Shown here: positions 36,371 to 45,178 of the stretch, one piece after another | Layout of the letters: every line of letters starts with the position of its first letter | How positions within the stretch are numbered: position 1 is the first letter of the stretch | Origin: an uncultured Candidatus Binatia bacterium | GTDB lineage: Bacteria > Desulfobacterota > Binatia > UBA9968 > JAJDTQ01 | NCBI GenBank assembly: GCA_965242525.1 | Contig: OZ251459.1 | Location: forward strand, 1,408,001 to 1,472,000 | Length of the DNA: 64,000 nt | Reading direction: 5' to 3' | Notes under the pieces: model-generated | The model's database searches: none | Told to the model about the DNA's origin: nothing | The model's input: only the letters and a program-made list of their open reading frames with translations | Program-made: the position numbers and the translations under genes

Positions 36371-37350
36371 TGTTTGGCTTCCGTTCCTGCCCGACCGTTG
36401 ACGACGTTCACAGGGGAGCCGTCCAGGTAGCCCCGGACGGCCGCCAGGTAGCCGTCGAAGTAGGCGCCGTAGTTGGCCTCTTCCACGTAGCCCAGGTGCG
36501 GCGTGACGACGGTGTTGTCACAGCGCCGAAGCGGGTGGTCCGGAGGAAGCGGCTCGGTGTCGAAGACGTCCAGGCCCGCGCCGGCGATGACCCCGCGCTG
36601 CAGCGCGTCCACCAGCGCGGCCTCTTCGACGATGGGCCCCCGGGACGTGTTGATGAGCACCGCGGTGGGTTTCATCATGGCGAGATCCGGGGCGCCCAGG
36701 AGTCCCCGGGTGCGGTCGCTCAGCACCAGGTGGATGGTGAGCACGTCCGAGCGGGACAACAACTCTTCCCTGGCGACCAGGGTGACCCCGACCTCGCGGC
36801 AGCGTTCCTCGGTCAGGTTCCGGCTCCACGCGACCACTTCCATGTCGAACGCAAGCCCCACCCGGGCCACCCGGGCGCCCAGTTTCCCCAACCCGGCCAC
36901 GCCCAAGGTCTTGCCCTGGAGACCCACCCCCATCGTCTCCTGCCAACCGCGGTCCCGGGTGGCCCGGTCTTCCCGCGGGATGCGCCGGAGCAGCCCGATG
37001 ATGAGGCCCCAGGTCAACTCCGCGGTGGGCGCGCCCACGCTGGGCGTGCCGCAGACCGTCACCCCCCGCTGCCGGGCCGCGGCCATGTCGATGGAGGCGT
37101 TCCTCATGCCGCTGGTCACCAGCAGCCGGAGGTCGGGCAGGCGCTCCAGGAGGCTGCGGCGAAACGGCGTGCGCTCCCGCATGACGCAGACGACCTCGAA
37201 CCCGCGCAACCGCTCGGCCATCGCGTCCTCGTGGTCCAGGTGGTCGTGGAAGACCGTGAATTCCAGGTTGTCCGGGACTTCCCTCGACGCCAGCAGGGAG
37301 CGGGCGACGTTCTGGTAGTCGTCCAGGATGGCGGCCTGCACCTTGCTCAT
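36367..37350 (-). CDS. D-2-hydroxyacid dehydrogenase family protein
   Basis: AILDDYQ, MRERTP, GLGKLG, INTSRGPIV, LDVFDTEP, TPHLGY. Confidence 0.92.
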   Translation of the reverse strand: MSKVQAAILDDYQNVARSLLASREVPDNLEFTVFHDHLDHEDAMAERLRGFEVVCVMRERTPFRRSLLERLPDLRLLVTSGMRNASIDMAAARQRGVTVCGTPSVGAPTAELTWGLIIGLLRRIPREDRATRDRGWQETMGVGLQGKTLGVAGLGKLGARVARVGLAFDMEVVAWSRNLTEERCREVGVTLVAREELLSRSDVLTIHLVLSDRTRGLLGAPDLAMMKPTAVLINTSRGPIVEEAALVDALQRGVIAGAGLDVFDTEPLPPDHPLRRCDNTVVTPHLGYVEEANYGAYFDGYLAAVRGYLDGSPVNVVNGRAGTEAKQ

Positions 37351-37376
37351 GACGTGGTGGGTACGGGAGGGGCGCG

Positions 37377-38255
37377 CTACAGGTCCCGGCAGAGTTCGGA
37401 CTGGGGCACCTCGGCGCAGAACTCCGCCAGCCTTTCCCGCTGCTCCGTTCCGTCTCCCGTCCTTCCTCTCCGGTCCCTGCCGCCCGCCGGTCCCTGCCTT
37501 GCCGCGTTGTTCACGGGCCGCGGCGCGCCGTCCCGCCATTGGTCCAGGCGCGCGGCCACCTCGGCGTAGCGCTGCCGGGTGGCCTCCTTGTTCTCCCGCA
37601 AGGCCAGGAACAGTTCCTCCCAGCGTTTGTCGTCCCGCTGGCGGCGCCGGGTCCATTCCTGCTCGCGTCGGTCGCCGGCTTCGACCACCTCAGCCAAGCG
37701 TTCCTCCAGGCCGGTCAGGGCCGCCTGCTGCGCCTCCGTCCCGCCGGACGGCCCGGAGAGGCCGCGTTCCAGCTTCCGCAGTTGCGCCGCCAGGCTCTTC
37801 CGGTTCTCTTGCACGAGCTCGGTCAACGTCTCCCAGCGCTTTTCATCGGCCCCGGTGTCGCGGCGGTCCAGCTCCTGTTTCCACGCCTTCTGCACCGCGG
37901 CCCAGCCCTTCTCCCTCCGGTCCGTCAACTCCCGGACCCATTTCTCCAGTTCCTGCTGCAGGACTTCCCGCTGGGCCCCGGTCAGCGCCGCGGTGAGTTT
38001 CCCTGCCAGCGCGCCGGCGTCCGTACCCTGTCCGGCTTCCTGCGCGCCCGCGCCCCGGAGCAGGTCCACCGTCTCCCGGACCCTGGCGAGCTGTCCTTCG
38101 GTGCGGGCCAGGGAGATCATCATCTCCGTCAGGTCCGCCTCGTTGCCCTCGTTCATCCGTTCGAGGGCCGCCCTGAGGTTGCGGGTCTCCCACGCGGAGT
38201 ACCCCGCCGCCGCCAGGACCGCCACGAGAGCCAGCGCTGCGAATGCCCTACCCAT
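37377..38255 (-). CDS. Membrane-anchored coiled-coil hypothetical protein
   Basis: N-terminal hydrophobic helix followed by a long E/Q/R/L-rich helical region. Confidence 0.6.
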   Translation of the reverse strand: MGRAFAALALVAVLAAAGYSAWETRNLRAALERMNEGNEADLTEMMISLARTEGQLARVRETVDLLRGAGAQEAGQGTDAGALAGKLTAALTGAQREVLQQELEKWVRELTDRREKGWAAVQKAWKQELDRRDTGADEKRWETLTELVQENRKSLAAQLRKLERGLSGPSGGTEAQQAALTGLEERLAEVVEAGDRREQEWTRRRQRDDKRWEELFLALRENKEATRQRYAEVAARLDQWRDGAPRPVNNAARQGPAGGRDRRGRTGDGTEQRERLAEFCAEVPQSELCRDL

Positions 38256-38309
38256 CCCCGACCCCGTCGAAATGCGTGCCGTCCCTGCCTCCGGTCCTTC
38301 CGCCGCCGG

Positions 38310-39071
38310 TCACGCGCTCGCAGCTTCGAGTCCGCGCACGCTCTCCGGCCCGAGACCGGGGCGGACGAACGCCTGGTAGATGGACTCGTTCTGCAACCAC
38401 ATGACGTCCACGCGCGTCCTCACCGCGGCCCGCATCTCCTCCTGGAGGCCGCCATCCATGACGTGCTCCTTGATCACGTCCACGATGAAGTTGCCGTGCC
38501 CCTCGTCATGATACTCGTGGGCGCGAAAGAAGGCCAGTGAATCGGAGGGTATCCACGGGTAGCGGGTCTCCAGCGCCTCCCTCTCCTCCCCCATGCGCCG
38601 AGGCCCCTCTCCCTCGAAGACCAGCCCGGTGCCGATGGCCACGGCCCAGTGGCTCTGCCGGACCAGTTGCACGTACATCTCCAGGGCGGCCCGGATCCCC
38701 GGCAGCGGCTCGTAGCCGTGCATCTCTTCACGCGGGATCCCCAGGCCCTCCCCGAAGCGGGTCCACAACTCGGCGTGGCTGGGGTACTTCCCGCCGAACA
38801 GGTCCTCGCCCTCCTCCTCCACCATGTTCTCCAGCAGCATCCGCCGCAGCGCCTGGACCGGGCACTTCTGGTAGCGGATGCCGAAGAAGCGATGGATGTT
38901 GCGGAACTCGTGGAACTGGTTCTTGGCCCAGCCCTGCAACTGCTCTTGGCTGAGCCGGCCCTCCAGCAGCAGCCTCCGCAGCGGGTGCACCGGGTAGCGG
39001 CCCCGCAGCACCCGGCGCAGGTCGTCGATCAGGGCTTCCGGCCCGAGGACCTCCATGCGCGCCTCCCCCAT
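38310..39071 (-). CDS. TenA/PqqC-like (heme-oxygenase-like diiron) enzyme
   Basis: HPL...G.LS.EQL..WAKN, ENMVEEEG...SHAELW, FFRAHEYHDEGH. Confidence 0.8.
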   Translation of the reverse strand: MGEARMEVLGPEALIDDLRRVLRGRYPVHPLRRLLLEGRLSQEQLQGWAKNQFHEFRNIHRFFGIRYQKCPVQALRRMLLENMVEEEGEDLFGGKYPSHAELWTRFGEGLGIPREEMHGYEPLPGIRAALEMYVQLVRQSHWAVAIGTGLVFEGEGPRRMGEEREALETRYPWIPSDSLAFFRAHEYHDEGHGNFIVDVIKEHVMDGGLQEEMRAAVRTRVDVMWLQNESIYQAFVRPGLGPESVRGLEAASA

Positions 39072-39075
39072 CCCG

Positions 39076-40749
39076 CTACTGGCCGGGCATGAAGAGCTCC
39101 TGCCGCCGCACCTGGCCCGGGAACACGTCCCTGCACTCGCCGTCTTGCAGCACGACCTTGCCGTTCACCACCACCGCGCCGATGCCCGGCGGATGGCGGT
39201 GTATCTCCTCATCGTCGAGCTTGGCCGGCATGCGCTTGCTGGCCAGGTCGTCGATCTTGTCCGGGTCGAACACGGTGACGTCGGCCGGCAGGCCGGTCTT
39301 GAGCAGCCCCCGGTTCATCCGGAGCTTGGCCGCGGGATGGCCGGTCATCTTGTGCACCGCTTCCTCCAGGTTGAACAGCTTCCTGTCCCGGCGCCAGTAA
39401 CCCAGCACGCGGGTGGGAGCGCCGTGCCAGAAGAACCTGTCCAGGTGCGCGCCCGCGTCCGTGCCGATGAGCCCCTCGGTGGTCTTGATCATCTCGGCCA
39501 GGAGGTCCATGTGTCCGTTGGCGAAACCCTGGTAGTAGAGCTTCGACGCCAAGCCGTCATCGAGCCAAGTGTCGAAGAAGGCGTCCGCCTCGGACTTGCC
39601 CGTGTCCCCGGCGATCTCCGAGACGTTCCGGCCTTCACGGGACTTGAGGTCTTCCCGCTGCATCACGTCGAAATAGACGCCGCCCCACCCCAGCCATTCG
39701 GGATACGCCGGCGCGCCCGCGTTCTCGCGCCTCTGCTCGTCCAGCTTCCGTCGGACCTCGGGGTCCCGGAGCTTGCGCGGCAGCTCGTCCCGGTCCTGCT
39801 TGATATCCTCCCACAGGGGCAGGCCGTCCAGGATGAAACAGTCGTCCAGGTGGAAGCGCCGGATGTGCGAATAGGGAATGACCACGCCGTAGATGTCCTT
39901 GCCCCGTTCCCGGGCCTCCTTCATGAGCTCGATGGCCCGCAGGCCGTCTTCCTTCTCGCCCGGCCGCACGCGGAACTCGTTGCCGATCATCGGCACGTGG
40001 ATCTTCTCCACCAGCTCGGGAAAGCCGCTCTCCGGCTTCAGCAGGTTGCCGAAGCCGTTGAACTGGAAGCAGCCGCCGTACTCGCCGGCCACGTTGGCCA
40101 GCGTCGCCATCTCTTCCTGGCTCGCCAGCGTGCTGGGGGTGCCGGCGTGGATCGCCGGACCGCCCCGGGGACTGGAGGAGAAGCCGATGCCGCCGGCTTC
40201 CATCCCTTCCCGGACCATCCGCTTCATGCTCTCCAGCTCGTCGGGGGTGGCTTCCCGCCGGCAGGCCGCCTCCCCCATGACCGTGAGCCGCACCGGCGAG
40301 TGGGGCACCAGCGCGGCCACGTTCACCCCGACCCTGCCTTCGAGATAGTCCAGGTATTCGGGGAAGGTGGTCCAGTTCCAGTCCTCGTCCTCCACGTAGT
40401 CGTCGAGCACCCGGCGCAAGTAGGTGATGAGCACGTCCCGGGGCTCGCCCTTGGGCGGCACCGGGGCGATGGACGCGCCGCAGTCGCCGATGACGATGGA
40501 GGTGACCCCGTAGTTGACCACGGGGTTGCCGTGGGGGTACTGCACGATGAAGAGGTCCATGTGGGTGTGGGAGTCGATGAAGCCCGGGGCCACCACCTGC
40601 CCCCGGGCGTCGATCTCGGTGCGGCCCGAGCCCAGGTCCTTCCCGATGGCGGCGATGGTCCCCCCGTCGATGCCCACGTCCGCCTCGAAGCCGGGGCTGC
40701 CGGTGCCGTCCACCACAAGGCCGTTCCTCACAACCAAGTCATGCGCCAT
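39076..40749 (-). CDS. N-acyl-D-amino-acid deacylase family amidohydrolase
   Basis: VVDGTG, PGFIDSHTHMD, GTDAGAH, ADVTVFDP. Confidence 0.88.
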   Translation of the reverse strand: MAHDLVVRNGLVVDGTGSPGFEADVGIDGGTIAAIGKDLGSGRTEIDARGQVVAPGFIDSHTHMDLFIVQYPHGNPVVNYGVTSIVIGDCGASIAPVPPKGEPRDVLITYLRRVLDDYVEDEDWNWTTFPEYLDYLEGRVGVNVAALVPHSPVRLTVMGEAACRREATPDELESMKRMVREGMEAGGIGFSSSPRGGPAIHAGTPSTLASQEEMATLANVAGEYGGCFQFNGFGNLLKPESGFPELVEKIHVPMIGNEFRVRPGEKEDGLRAIELMKEARERGKDIYGVVIPYSHIRRFHLDDCFILDGLPLWEDIKQDRDELPRKLRDPEVRRKLDEQRRENAGAPAYPEWLGWGGVYFDVMQREDLKSREGRNVSEIAGDTGKSEADAFFDTWLDDGLASKLYYQGFANGHMDLLAEMIKTTEGLIGTDAGAHLDRFFWHGAPTRVLGYWRRDRKLFNLEEAVHKMTGHPAAKLRMNRGLLKTGLPADVTVFDPDKIDDLASKRMPAKLDDEEIHRHPPGIGAVVVNGKVVLQDGECRDVFPGQVRRQELFMPGQ

Positions 40750-40860
40750 GTTCCTTCTCCCTTCCGCCGTTTCCGGAAAGCTCGACCGCGGTTCGATGCC
40801 CCTATCCTGAAAACTCGAAGCCCCGAAACGCGAAGCCTCGCCATTCTTCGAAATACTCCG

Positions 40861-41060
40861 GGAAACTCCGAACGATTACCCCGTTCCCTGAACGATTACC
40901 CGTTCGTCCCGAGCCTCTGAACCATGGCCCCGTTCATCGAACGATGGCCCATTCATCCTGAACGTCTGAGCGACCACCCCATTCATCCCGAGCGTCTGGA
41001 CAATTACCCCGTTCGTCCTGAGCGTAGCGAAGCGAAGTCGAAGGACGCGCTTTCCCACAG
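40861..41060 (+). repeat. Tandem degenerate copies (~20-30 nt) of the REP left arm, ending in full REP-like copy 3
   Basis: Six (CT)GAACGATxxCCCCGTTC-like units followed by GTCCTGAGCGTAGCGAAGCGAAGTCGAAGGACGCGC at about 41015-41050. Confidence 0.8.
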
Positions 41061-41187
41061 GAGGCGGGAATCCGAGCCGGAATCGACCAGCCATTGCCCT
41101 AGTTAATAAACCCAAAGGTTCAACCCCGTCAAGGATGGGACCGGCCCCGCGTTGGACGCCCCACACGCTTTGGGCTAGACTTCCGCG

Positions 41188-42867
41188 GTGACCCATCTGT
41201 CGGCAGACGTCCTGGTGGTGGGAGCCGGCGGCGCCGGCATGTACGCGGCCATTGCCGCGGCCCGGCGGGGCGCGTCGGTGCTGTTGCTGGACAAATCCCT
41301 GGTGGGACGCGGCGGCGCCACCATCATGGCGCAGATGACCGTGGCCGCGGCCATCGGCCACGAGGAGCCCGACCACTGGACCCACCACCTCCGGGACACG
41401 CTGACGGCCGGCCGGGGTCTCTGCGACCCGGGCCTGGCCCGGCTGCTCTGCGAGAACGGCCCCGAGAGGATCTTCGAGATGGACGGCTGGGGAGCCCACT
41501 GGGCGCGCAGCGCCGAGGGGCGCATCCGCCAAGTCAAGGCGCCGGGACACGACCGGGCCCGCTGCTGCTACGTGGACTTCCTCAACACCGGCCCCGGAGT
41601 GGCCGGCGCCTTGCGGCGCCAGGTAAGCGCCATGGCTCCGGTGCGCCGCGTGAGCAACGTCGCGGTCACCGACGTCGTGGTGCGCGACGGCCGGGCGGTG
41701 GGCGCGGTGGGGCTGGAGGTGGCCGCGGGCGAAATCGCCACGTTCGCCGCCAAGGCCGTGGTCCTGGCCGCGGGCGGCCTCACCAAGCTCTACCGCCGCA
41801 ACAGCGCGTCCACTAACATGGGGGGAGAAGCCTACGCCCTGGCCCTGTGGGCCGGGGCGGAGTTGATCGACATGGAGTTCGTGCAGTTCTTCCCCATCGC
41901 CCACCTGGCGCCGCGGCTGGTGGGCATGGACCCCATCATGTGGGACCCCTTCCGCTACAAGCTCGGCGGGCGGCTGCGCAACGGCGACTTCGAGGAGTTC
42001 ATGCACCGGTACGGGAACCGGGACGACGGCGCCTACACCGCCGTGCGCGACCAGGCCTCCTACGCCATACTCAAGGAGGTGGAAGCGGGCCGGGGCTCGC
42101 CGCACGGGGGCGTCTATCTGGACTTCCGACACGTTCCCGACGACGACCTGCGGGCCGCCTTCGGGCCGGTCATCGACCGGTTGGCGCACAACGGCATCGA
42201 CCTCACCCGGACGCCGGTGGAGGTGGCGCCCACCGCGCACTACCACATGGGAGGCATCCGCGTGGACGAGCGCATGCGGACGCGGGTGCCCGGGCTCTAT
42301 GCCGCGGGCGAGGCGGTGGGCGGCGCCAACGGCGCCAACCGACTGTCCGGCAACGCCATCACCGAGGCCCTCGTGTTCGGGGAACGGGCCGGGAGCGAGG
42401 CCGGCCGAGACGCCCTCGCCGGGGCCGGCGGCTGGAGCGCGCGAGCCGCGGCCGGCGCGGTGGAGCGCATCCGGAGCGCCCTGGACGCCTCCCCGGAGCA
42501 CGGCGCGCCGGCCAACGCGCTCCAACGGGAGCTGCAGGACCTCATGTGGGAGCGCGCCGGGCCCTTCCGCACCGGAGAGGGTCTCCGCATGGCCCTGGAC
42601 GGCATCCGCGAACTCCGGAAGGCGCCGGTGGCGGTCCGTTCCCCCCAGGGCTTCGACCTGGACGTCCAGGACCGGCTGGAGTGGCGCGCCATGCTGGCCA
42701 CCGCGGAGGCCGTCACGCGCGCCGCCCTGGGCCGCACCGAGAGCCGCGGCGCGCACCAGCGCCTGGACTTCCCCGACGGGAACCCGCGATGGGCCGGCAA
42801 CCAGGTGCTGGCCATGGAAGGGGAACGGATGGAGACGAGCTGGTCCGACGGGGCCGGGGTCTCGTAG
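41188..42867 (+). CDS. Succinate dehydrogenase/fumarate reductase/L-aspartate oxidase-family flavoprotein
   Basis: VVGAGGAG, HYHMGG, GLYAAGE, GANRLSGNA, RTESRGAH. Confidence 0.88.
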   Translation: MTHLSADVLVVGAGGAGMYAAIAAARRGASVLLLDKSLVGRGGATIMAQMTVAAAIGHEEPDHWTHHLRDTLTAGRGLCDPGLARLLCENGPERIFEMDGWGAHWARSAEGRIRQVKAPGHDRARCCYVDFLNTGPGVAGALRRQVSAMAPVRRVSNVAVTDVVVRDGRAVGAVGLEVAAGEIATFAAKAVVLAAGGLTKLYRRNSASTNMGGEAYALALWAGAELIDMEFVQFFPIAHLAPRLVGMDPIMWDPFRYKLGGRLRNGDFEEFMHRYGNRDDGAYTAVRDQASYAILKEVEAGRGSPHGGVYLDFRHVPDDDLRAAFGPVIDRLAHNGIDLTRTPVEVAPTAHYHMGGIRVDERMRTRVPGLYAAGEAVGGANGANRLSGNAITEALVFGERAGSEAGRDALAGAGGWSARAAAGAVERIRSALDASPEHGAPANALQRELQDLMWERAGPFRTGEGLRMALDGIRELRKAPVAVRSPQGFDLDVQDRLEWRAMLATAEAVTRAALGRTESRGAHQRLDFPDGNPRWAGNQVLAMEGERMETSWSDGAGVS

Positions 42868-42876
42868 AGGTTTCGC

Positions 42877-43257
42877 ATGTCCGATGCCACTGGCAGGAGC
42901 CGCGGGCCAACCATAACCACGGAGATCCGGGTACGGCGGGGCGGTCCTTCGGACCAACGCCGCTACGAAACCTATCCGGTGCCTTACGAGGAGGGCATGT
43001 CCGTGCTCGACGCGCTGGTGTGGGTCCGCGCCCACGCGGACTCCAGCCTGGCCTTTCGCTACGGCTGCGTGAACGCCAACGCCTGCAAGACCTGCATGGC
43101 CCTGGTGGACGGCCGGGTGGCCTACCTGTGCACCGCCCGCCTGACGCCGGCCGGAAGCCGGGTGGAGCCGCTGCCCAAACGGCCCCTGGTCCGCGACCTC
43201 GTGACCGACACCGTGCCGGACGACGAGAAACTGGCGCCGCCTCCGCAGCGGGACTGA
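42877..43257 (+). CDS. Stand-alone SdhB-N-like [2Fe-2S] protein
   Basis: SVLDAL, FRYGCVNANACKTC...LC, EPLP...VRDLVTD and then ends. Confidence 0.85.
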   Translation: MSDATGRSRGPTITTEIRVRRGGPSDQRRYETYPVPYEEGMSVLDALVWVRAHADSSLAFRYGCVNANACKTCMALVDGRVAYLCTARLTPAGSRVEPLPKRPLVRDLVTDTVPDDEKLAPPPQRD

Positions 43258-43261
43258 ACCC

Positions 43262-44656
43262 ATGGAGCCGCAGACCTTCGACTTGGTGGTCATCGGCAGC
43301 GGACCCGCGGGCCAGAAAGGCGCCATCGCGGCCGCCAAGATGGGCAAGCGCGTGGCCGTCATCGACAAGTCCCACATGATCGGCGGCGTGTGCCTGCACT
43401 CCGGCACCATCCCCAGCAAGACCCTGCGGCTGGCGGTGCTCTATCTCACGGGCTTCCGGCAGAAGTCGTTCTACGGGGCAGCCTATGCGCCCAAGGAGGA
43501 CCCCAGGGTGGAGGACCTGATGTTCCGGGTGCGCACCGTGGTCGAACGGGAACAGGCCCAGGTGACGGACCAGCTCCGGCGCAACCGCGTGACCCTGGTG
43601 GACGGCTGGGCCCGTTTCGCGGACGCCCACACCCTCGTGACCGACGACGGCCGGCAGGTCCGGGGCGAGCGCATACTCATCGCCTGCGGCACGCGCTCGG
43701 CGCGCAACCCGGAGATCCCCTACGACGGACGCAGGGTCATGGTGGCCGAAGACCTCGGACGCGGGGACGGCGGGGAGATCCCCCGGAGCATGATCGTGGT
43801 GGGCGCGGGGGTCATTGGCCTCGAATACGCCTCGATGCTGTCGGCGCTGGGGGTGCGCGTCACCGTGGTCGAACGGCGCCCCGTCATGCTGGACTTCGTG
43901 GACCGGGAGGTCATCGAGGCGCTCCGCTACCACATGCGCCGGCGCGGCGCCATCTTCCGCCTGGGAGAAACCGTCACCGGAGTGCGGGTGCAGGAGAACG
44001 GCAGGGTCCGGGCCGATCTGGAGAGCGGCAAGAGGGTCACCGGCGACGCCCTGCTCTACACCGTGGGACGGCAGTCCAACGCCGACCGGCTCGGCCTGGA
44101 CGCGGTCGGCATCGACACCGACGCCCGGGGCCGCATCGCGGTCAACGGGAGTTTCCAGACCGCCCGGCCGCACATCTACGCGGTGGGCGACTGCATCGGC
44201 TTCCCGGCCCTGGCCTCCACCTCCATGGAGCAGGGACGCCTGGCCAGCACCCACATGTTCGACGGTCCGGCCCTCCAGCCCGCGGCCTTCTTCCCCTACG
44301 GCATCTACACGGTCCCGGAGATCTCCATGGCCGGTCCCACCGAGCAGCAGCTCACCGCGGAGCGCGTGCCCTACGAAGTGGGCAAGGCGCTCTACGACGA
44401 CGTCGCCAAGGCGCAGATGGTGGGCGACCCCGCGGGCATGCTGAAGATCCTCTTCGACCCGAACACCCTGAAGCTGCTCGGGGTCCACGCCATGGGCGAG
44501 GACGCCACAGAGATCATCCACATCGGCCACGCGGTCATCGCCCTCGGCGGCGCCATCGACTACTTCCGCGACAACGTCTTCAACTACCCGACCTTCGCCG
44601 AAGCCTACAAGGTCGCCGCGTACGACGGCTTCAACAAGGTCGCCGAGTTGCGGTAG
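43262..44656 (+). CDS. sthA: Soluble pyridine nucleotide transhydrogenase
   Basis: GSGPAGQ, GGVCLHSGTIPSKTLR, GAGVIGLEYAS, FPALASTSMEQGR, FNYPTFAEAYKVAA. Confidence 0.92.
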   Translation: MEPQTFDLVVIGSGPAGQKGAIAAAKMGKRVAVIDKSHMIGGVCLHSGTIPSKTLRLAVLYLTGFRQKSFYGAAYAPKEDPRVEDLMFRVRTVVEREQAQVTDQLRRNRVTLVDGWARFADAHTLVTDDGRQVRGERILIACGTRSARNPEIPYDGRRVMVAEDLGRGDGGEIPRSMIVVGAGVIGLEYASMLSALGVRVTVVERRPVMLDFVDREVIEALRYHMRRRGAIFRLGETVTGVRVQENGRVRADLESGKRVTGDALLYTVGRQSNADRLGLDAVGIDTDARGRIAVNGSFQTARPHIYAVGDCIGFPALASTSMEQGRLASTHMFDGPALQPAAFFPYGIYTVPEISMAGPTEQQLTAERVPYEVGKALYDDVAKAQMVGDPAGMLKILFDPNTLKLLGVHAMGEDATEIIHIGHAVIALGGAIDYFRDNVFNYPTFAEAYKVAAYDGFNKVAELR

Positions 44657-44695
44657 GGATTGTATCCGGCGAGGTCATCCGTTACAATTTTCCTC

Positions 44696-45157
44696 GTGAG
44701 CGAAGCCATTGCATTCGACACCCATCAGTTCGTCAAGCATCTGACCGCCAGCGGCTTCACGGAGCAACAAGCCGAGGCACTGGCCCGTGAGCAGGTCAAC
44801 CTCCTCAACAGCAACTTGGCGACAAAGGCCGACATCGAAGCTCTGCGCCTGGCGACAAAGAGCGACATCGAAGCTCTACGACAGGAAACCCAGGCCGGCA
44901 TCGAAACGCTACGCTTGGCCACCAAGGCCGACATCGAAACCCTGCGACAGGAAACCAAGGCCGGTCTCGAAACTCTGCGACAGGAAACCAAGGCCGGTCT
45001 CGAAGCTCTGCGTCAGGAAACCAAGGCTGACATCGAAACTCTGCGCTTGGCCACCAAGGCCGACATCGAATCCGTCAAGGCGGATCTGTTGAAGTGGATG
45101 TTCGGCGCCATGATTGCCCAGGGCAGCCTGGTAGTCGCGTTGGTGAAGCTGTTGTAG
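44696..45157 (+). CDS. DUF1640/CCDC90-like coiled-coil protein with C-terminal membrane anchor
   Basis: FDTHQFVKHLTASGFTEQQAEAL head, ATKADI repeats, DLLKWMFGAMIAQGSLVVALVKLL tail. Confidence 0.85.
   Translation: MSEAIAFDTHQFVKHLTASGFTEQQAEALAREQVNLLNSNLATKADIEALRLATKSDIEALRQETQAGIETLRLATKADIETLRQETKAGLETLRQETKAGLEALRQETKADIETLRLATKADIESVKADLLKWMFGAMIAQGSLVVALVKLL
44816..45079 (+). repeat. Eight 33-bp (11-aa) in-frame tandem repeats
   Basis: LATKADIEALR / LATKSDIEALR / QETQAGIETLR / LATKADIETLR / QETKAGLETLR / QETKAGLEALR / QETKADIETLR / LATKADIESVK. Confidence 0.9.
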
Positions 45158-45178
45158 GATAGCCCTCCCGCCCGCTCA

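Noticed and set aside
40861-41060. Possible CRISPR array
   Set aside because: Units are degenerate, variable in length and lack unique spacers; no cas genes; they derive from the REP-like element.
41188-43257. Canonical sdhAB/frdAB
   Set aside because: Missing the covalent-FAD and catalytic His residues, the 4Fe-4S/3Fe-4S domain and the membrane anchors.
44816-45079. Possible CRISPR or non-coding repeat array
   Set aside because: The 33-bp units are contiguous and in frame within a coiled-coil CDS.
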